Virus record (IMG/VR): IMGVR_UViG_3300043777_000365
Span: 1-64,000 of that record
Length of the DNA stretch: 64,000 nucleotides
Reading direction: 5' to 3' (one strand)
Source of the DNA: a virus
This document shows, in pieces, positions 58,544 through 64,000 of the stretch. A program made the translations under genes and the position numbers. Below the pieces are notes generated by a model that ran no database searches, was not told the DNA's origin, and was given only the letters and a program-made list of their open reading frames with translations. Each line of letters opens with the position of its first letter. Position 1 is the stretch's first letter.

Positions 58544-60548
58544 TCACTGGGGGCCGCTCACGACGTACTCGACGTCGGCCGCCCCGGCGATGGCGATGCC
58601 CGTGCAGTAGCCCCCGCTCGGCGCCTCCCAGAGGAACGTCCCGTACACCGGGACGACGCTCGTGATGGTGCCCGAGCCCCCGAGGTTCTGGATGGTGAGC
58701 TGCACCTGCACCGGGCCGTCGGTGCGGATGTAGACCGTGTCGGCGGTGGTGACGTTGTCGGTCGCGCCCACCCCCGAGAGCGCGACGTAGGTGCCGTACG
58801 CGCTCGTGTTCGTCTTGTAGCCGCGCGCCTGCTTCGCGCTGTTCTTCGGGTTGGGCGTCGTAGCGAGCCCGGTCTGCACCGTGCCGGCGGGGATGGTCCC
58901 CTGCGCCGACACGCTCGTCGTCGTGCCCTGCACGCTCTGGGGCGTGAGGGTGAGCGTGCCGGTGAGGAGGATCTGCGCGGCGGCCATGGAATCTCCCTAG
59001 TTGGAAACCCGGGTTTCCAACCTCAGCGGCTCGAGACCTTGAAGGGCTTGTGCGCCGGCATGATCTTCGGGGCGCCAAGGTCGCGCGCGGGCGTCTGGAT
59101 GCTCGCGTCGATCTGCTCCTGCGGCCAGATGCCCCCGGCCGGGATGCTGTCCTCGCACCGGGGCGTGCCCTCAGGCTGAGCGCCCTTCTCGGTCTTCGCC
59201 GGGTTGACGGTGCCCTGGCCCGAGTCCGCGCCCGGGGGCTTCTGCCCGTCCTTGACGAAGTTGTGCCCGGCGCTCGGCCCGCCCGAGCCCGCCGGCTTCT
59301 GCACGAAGTTGTTGCCCGTGCTGGGGCCGCCGGTCTTGCCACCGGGGGCTCCGCCTCCGTTGCCGAAGGGGCTGCTCACTCCACCACCGCTGGTCTTTCC
59401 ATCGCCGGGCATTTGGTTTGCTCCTTGTTTCCTTGGACTCTACTTGACCTTGAACGGCTTGCGGGCGGCCGGCGCCTCCGGGTACGGCATCGTCGCGTGG
59501 AAGCTCGGGGTCAGCCCGGTCTTCTCGGGAGGGGCCGGGATGGGCATGTCCGGCACCCGCTCCATCGGGTCCGCGGTCGTCTTCATCGACTCGTCCTGGA
59601 TGACCCGCTGCCCGTCGTGGGGGAACTTGGCGGCGGCCGCCTTCGCGGCCCCCTGCTGCCCTGGCTTGAAGTTGCTCCTCATCGGCGGCCTCCAAGCGCA
59701 GAGGCTACAGCCTCCGGCGGCTGCTTGAACAGCTGCTGGCCGGCCTGGAGGATCACCTCGGTCCTCCAGCCCTGCTCGTTGGCGTCGGCCGCCCTGACGA
59801 GGCACACCGCGTCCGGGTTGAGCCACACCCCTTCGATCTCCACGAGCTCCATCTCGAGCTAGGGGAGAACAAAGTAGAGGATGTCGATGGTGACCGAGCC
59901 CGCGGTGGCCGCGTTAACGTTCGCGCTCGTCGACGTGAAGAGCACCGTCACCTGCGTGGACGCCGAGTAGAGCGGCTGCGGGTTGGTGCCCGAGGTGCCG
60001 GCCACGAGCCCGACCGCCGTGAAGACGGACTGGCTCGACACGATGTCGATGCTCGACACCCCGCCGACCCCGATGGTCATCGCGGTCAGGCCGCCGCCGG
60101 TGAAGGCCACCGTGCCGTTGATCTCCCTCGAGACCACGCGAGCGTTCGCCGGCAGGAGCAGCGAGCCCGTGATGCCGGTCGCCGTGCCGTTGGGGCTCAG
60201 CGTCTGGGTGGTCGCGGCCGACGTGAGCGCCGCGTTGGTGATGGTGGTCGTGGCCTTCTGGATGGTGCCGTAGACGTTCGGCGTGGCCCCGCCCAGCGTG
60301 CTGCCGTTGGTGGCGGCCTCGGCCGCCGCGAGCATGAGCGGGGCGAGGATGTCGCTCGGGACGCCGCGGCGCTTCATGAGCGTGATGTTCGCGGAGGCCG
60401 CCGCGACCACCGGGTCGGCCGCCGGCCAGAGCACCCCGCCGTTCGCCTGGATCTTGGGCGTCGAGTAGATGGCGTCGTTGATCTGCTTGCCGGCGCGCAG
60501 GAGGTAGACGCCGTACTGCGTGTCGTTGAGGAGGTACCAGAGGGCCAT
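58544..60548 (-). other. Four putative virion or hypothetical ORFs (58544-58987, 59023-59412, approx. 59440-59682, 59859-60548)
   Basis: Thr/Gly-rich or disordered; two end in KPFKV. Confidence 0.55.
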
Positions 60549-60621
60549 GGGGGTCCGAATCCTTCGCCGGGCTTGGTGTGTTGCCGGCCGCACTTGCAGC
60601 GTGGACGTGACCCCTAGACCG

Positions 60622-61498
60622 CTACGCGCTTCCCTCGTCCTCCGCAAGGCCGGGGTTGGAAACCCGGGTTTCCAACCTGGCCCGGTTCGCCCCGCGCACC
60701 TCCTCGAGCAGCGCCCTCACCGACCGCGCGCGCCTGCGCCGCTTCACCACCGACTTGGGCAGCTCCGGCTTGGCCGGCGGGGGCCGCTTGGCCTCCTTGA
60801 AGAACAACGACGCCGGGTACGGCACCACCGCCGCCTTGTGCGTCTCGTCCGAGGCCGACTCGAACCATCCCCCGTCGTGGCACCTGAGATGCCCTCCTCG
60901 GTTCACATGCTCGCGGTGGTGCCGCCTGCAGTGCCTGCAGAGCAGCATCGAGAGGGCGAACTCTTGGAGCCTGTTCATGTCCCGCTAAACTTTACAGCCC
61001 CCCGCGACCTGGCGAGGTCGCCGCGGATGGCCTTCTCGCGCTTGCTCAGCTCCACGAGCTCCCTCCGGACGCACACGTCTTGGTACTGGGAGAGCTGGGA
61101 CCGGAGCAGCTTGGTCAGCTTCTCCTTCATCGACGCGATGCGATCGTCCTCGGTGGTCATCGACGGGGACCGTGCTCGAGGACGACGACGGCCTCGCCCA
61201 CGTCGAGCGAGGCCCACTGCTTGAACGCCTTGCGCACGACGACCCACCGGTGCGCGGCCTCCTCGGCGTGCTTGGCGACCCAGCGCGCGTGGGCCATGGC
61301 GGCGTGCGCGTCGGGCTCGGACAGGGCCAGCAAGCAATGATCGAGGAGCTCCCGGCGCATCCGCTCCGCCTCCTCCACCTCGCGGCGGGCCCAGCCTTCC
61401 GGCATCGCCCGCTTGAACCTGGACCACGCGTCGTGCTCGGCGTTCGCCATCAGCTGCAGCGCCAGCGCCTGGTAGCCCGCGTCCCCGTGCTCTCCCAT
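60622..61498 (-). other. Three accessory ORFs (60622-60978, 60975-61160, 61157-61498) bracketed by palindromes at 60656 and 61527
   Basis: First ORF starts 7 nt after CATGAT; ORFs are coupled. Confidence 0.55.
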
Positions 61499-61551
61499 GC
61501 CCCCCATCATGCCGCCCGCCCAGGGTTTGGAAACCCGGGTTTCCAAACCCT

Positions 61552-62550
61552 TCACCCGAAGCGGCTCGCCGGGATGGTCGACATCACTCGGGGCCTGCCG
61601 GGGAACTTCTTCAGCCCGTCGCGGACGGCGCGCGCGTGCACCTCGCCGGTGCCCTTGGGCCGAAGCTGCTGCGGGACGGGCCACGAGAGCCGGTGCGCCA
61701 CGACGATCTCGCGATCGTTCGGCCTGTTCGGGGGGGTGAGGAAGAGCTCGTGCTCGCCGTCGTAGGTCACGTACTCGAACGGCTCGGAGACGCGCCGCAC
61801 CTCGCCGTGCACGTTGTAGCTATCCCAAGATGTGCGGTCGTCGAACGTCGCGCTGACGATGCGCACGACGTCGCCGAGCTCTCGCTGCGCCGCCTTGTGC
61901 GTCTCGTGGGCGGCGCGGTTGCTGGCCCCGTGCAGCTCGGTCCTCGCGATCCGCTCGGCCCACGAGGCAGGCGCACCCTGGAGGAACGGGCTGGCCTCGA
62001 TGAGCTCGCCCCTCACCTCCGCGGTCGACTTGCCCTGCGCCACCCCCTGCTGGAGGACCCGCTCGAACTCGCCGACGGTGGCCTCGCCGTAGCGGGCCAG
62101 CACCCCGGGATCCCCCTGCGTCCCCAGCCGCCTCAGCAAGCTCGCCTTGGCCCCTTGGGCGGCCGCGTCGAGCATCATCGCCTCGTTCAGGGCCAGCGGG
62201 CTCGAGCCCACCCCGCGGAAGGCCTGCTCGGCGGCCTTGAGGTAGCCCAGGGCCCCCTCGCCGGCCTTGTGGGCCACCTCCCCCGCCCGATCGGAGAGGA
62301 CGTCCCTCAGGTCGTCCTCGAGCCCGCGCACCACCTCCCGCACCTGGGCGAGTGAGGCGCGCATCCTCGCCTCGGTGAAGGTCTCGGCCCTCTTGCCGCG
62401 CAGCCCCTCGGCCTGGTGCAGGCGCCGGGCGAGCTCGCCCTCGGACTGGCGGAGCACCCGGAGGAGCGCGCGCCGGCCGGTGGAGGAGGCGACGTCGAGC
62501 GCCTGCTGGCGGTTGGCGGCGAGCGCGTCGCGGATGCGGTCGATGGGCAC
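61552..62550 (-). CDS. MuF/SPP1 gp7-like minor head morphogenesis protein
   Basis: AERIARTE..A.N; DDRT; PPNRPNDR. Confidence 0.82.
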   Translation of the reverse strand: MPIDRIRDALAANRQQALDVASSTGRRALLRVLRQSEGELARRLHQAEGLRGKRAETFTEARMRASLAQVREVVRGLEDDLRDVLSDRAGEVAHKAGEGALGYLKAAEQAFRGVGSSPLALNEAMMLDAAAQGAKASLLRRLGTQGDPGVLARYGEATVGEFERVLQQGVAQGKSTAEVRGELIEASPFLQGAPASWAERIARTELHGASNRAAHETHKAAQRELGDVVRIVSATFDDRTSWDSYNVHGEVRRVSEPFEYVTYDGEHELFLTPPNRPNDREIVVAHRLSWPVPQQLRPKGTGEVHARAVRDGLKKFPGRPRVMSTIPASRFG

Positions 62551-62725
62551 GGTGGGGAGGTTACTCCCACTCGTAGTAGGGCCACGTCGCCAGCCCGAAC
62601 CGCACCGCACGGCGCCAGGCATCGAGCTCGCCCTCTAGCTGTACGATCCGCGCCTTCAATCGCTTCACGCACACGAATCACTCATCGGCTGATCTCCTTC
62701 GTTTGGGCCTGAATCGCGCGCACGG

Positions 62726-63281
62726 TCACGCGCCGGCTTTCGATTCTGCACACGCAGGCACGTACGCCTCGCACGCGCATCGAGCGCATGCGTGAGGTGG
62801 GAAGCGATAGTGCTTGTGCGGTGTCGCAGCTCGCGGGTCAGACGCATTCCCCTGACATACGCATCTGTCGGGATGCTCGGCTGCACTCCGGTAGTTCCAT
62901 GACAAGCACCCCGTGGTGTCATTGAAACGTTCACTCCGCTCCCATATCGGAGTCGGTCGGAAGATGCGCTCCCATCCCTCACGGTATGCCTGCGTCACTT
63001 CGTCCTCCTCTCAATCGCGCGCACGGTCACGCGCTCTTGTCCGAGATCCATCGTCCTCGCTTCTCGTCGATTCGAGGCTGCATGAGGTAGCGCAACGCCT
63101 CCGCGACGGTGCGCATGTCCTCGTCGAGGTCCCGGCGACGGAGGACTCGGCCGGCAGCTTCGTAGAGAGGTCGATTGGCGCGTTGCCGTTGCACCGCATA
63201 GCACCAGTGGCACCCGCCCTGGCATCCGGGGAAGTCGCAGAACTTTCGTGGGTTCCCCTTAGCTGCCCTTACCGCTGCCAT
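62726..63281 (-). other. Small lower-GC hypothetical ORFs
   Basis: 62726-62998 (Cys-rich) and 63027-63281. Confidence 0.4.
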
Positions 63282-63314
63282 GTCTCGCCTTCCTTCGCGC
63301 GCATTTTCGGTGAC

Positions 63315-63497
63315 CTACTTACCGTCGCTTCCGAGCCTCGCCCGGCGAATGAGTTGCTCGACGGCGCCGCTCCGAGACTGTCCGCGCTCATACGCAATTG
63401 CGTCGAGGCGGGCGAGCGCTTCGGGCGAGAGGGTAAGCGTCACCATGGGGCGCTTGCGGCGGTCGTTCGTGTAGGTGGGATCGGGGGCCCGGCTCAC
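63315..63497 (-). CDS. CopG/ribbon-helix-helix DNA-binding protein
   Basis: VTLTLSPEALARLDAIA..GQSRSGAVEQLIR. Confidence 0.8.
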   Translation of the reverse strand: MSRAPDPTYTNDRRKRPMVTLTLSPEALARLDAIAYERGQSRSGAVEQLIRRARLGSDGK

Positions 63498-63808
63498 ACC
63501 TCTACCTCGTAGGTTTTGCCTTCGGCGCCGCGCAGGTACGTCTCTATCTCCTCGTCCACCTCACGTCCGGCAAAGGCTCCCTCGTTGAGATCGCTGTCGT
63601 CTGGGATCCGGTCGACAAGCTCGATCTCGACGGCCAGGCCGAGCGCGTCGGCGGCGGCCATTCGGTGGACGCCTTCGACCGCGATCAGGTCGCCGCACGA
63701 CTCGTACACTCGGATGACCGGGGCTCCCCGCCCGCGCATCTCGCCGATCACTTCGGCGAGATGCGCTGGGTCGGGCCGGTGAAGCGTCGTAACGTAGCGC
63801 GTTGCCAT
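63494..63808 (-). CDS. Small ParB/Srx-like N-domain protein
   Basis: PVIRV..IAVEGVHRMAAA..LG; RBS GGAGG. Confidence 0.6.
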   Translation of the reverse strand: MATRYVTTLHRPDPAHLAEVIGEMRGRGAPVIRVYESCGDLIAVEGVHRMAAADALGLAVEIELVDRIPDDSDLNEGAFAGREVDEEIETYLRGAEGKTYEVEV

Positions 63809-63827
63809 AACCTTACCTCCAGAAGTA

Positions 63828-63903
63828 ACTATACGTGCTCTGTACGTACAGCGCAAGGGGTCCGATGTCGATTCTTGAAAGTACAGCCAGACTGTACGTA
63901 CAG
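63828..63903 (-). promoter_or_regulatory. Sigma70 promoter TTGCGC-N17-TATAGT with two CTGTACGTACAG operator-like palindromes
   Basis: -10 at 63828-63833, -35 at 63851-63856; palindromes at 63840-63851 and 63892-63903. Confidence 0.7.
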
Positions 63904-64000
63904 GGCGAAGCGCGCAAAACCGGGTGTTTACTTCCGCTGGTTATGGCTCTCGTGCCAGAGACTCGGAGAGCCGTCCGAGCCCCGCATGACGTCGATGACG

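Noticed and set aside
92-62712. Many long Arg/Pro/Gly-rich overlapping ORFs (e.g. 92-2260, 23345-26065, 41526-43574)
   Set aside because: Shadow frames expected at very high GC, with no motifs; only the antisense ORF in the intein has a recognisable domain and RBS
1-64000. tRNA/rRNA genes, integrase, terminase, portal, endolysin
   Set aside because: None recognised; terminase and portal probably lie outside the window, so lifestyle cannot be determined

Overview
A 64-kb slice of a very GC-rich tailed phage with a contractile (myovirus-type) tail. Most genes are on the minus strand. The host is probably Myxococcota, inferred only from GC content and a Cys-rich DAG-repeat lipoprotein. The left part is a replication and regulation module (PolB, sigma70-like factor, DUF932, three small HTHs, primase, DnaB, SF2 helicase). 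The right part is a morphogenesis module (baseplate, hub with intein, LysM, tape measure, chaperone with -1 slippery site, tube, sheath, neck, ThyX, major capsid, scaffold, MuF), interrupted by opposite-strand accessory genes and three free-standing homing endonucleases. The main find is a minimal type V-F-like CRISPR locus: an AsCas12f1-like effector with the RuvC-I catalytic Asp replaced by His (predicted nuclease-dead), an accessory ORF, a tracrRNA-like region, an 11-repeat/10-spacer array with no cas1/cas2 in the window, and a sigma factor gene 23 bp beyond the array. This is a candidate array-programmed RNA-guided transcription regulator. Other finds: an intein whose endonuclease is encoded antisense; 16 copies of a 20-bp palindrome; widespread leaderless-type promoters of two classes; and a covarying pseudoknot RNA motif shared by the capsid and sheath 5' UTRs. 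All calls come from reading motifs by eye. No database searches were run.
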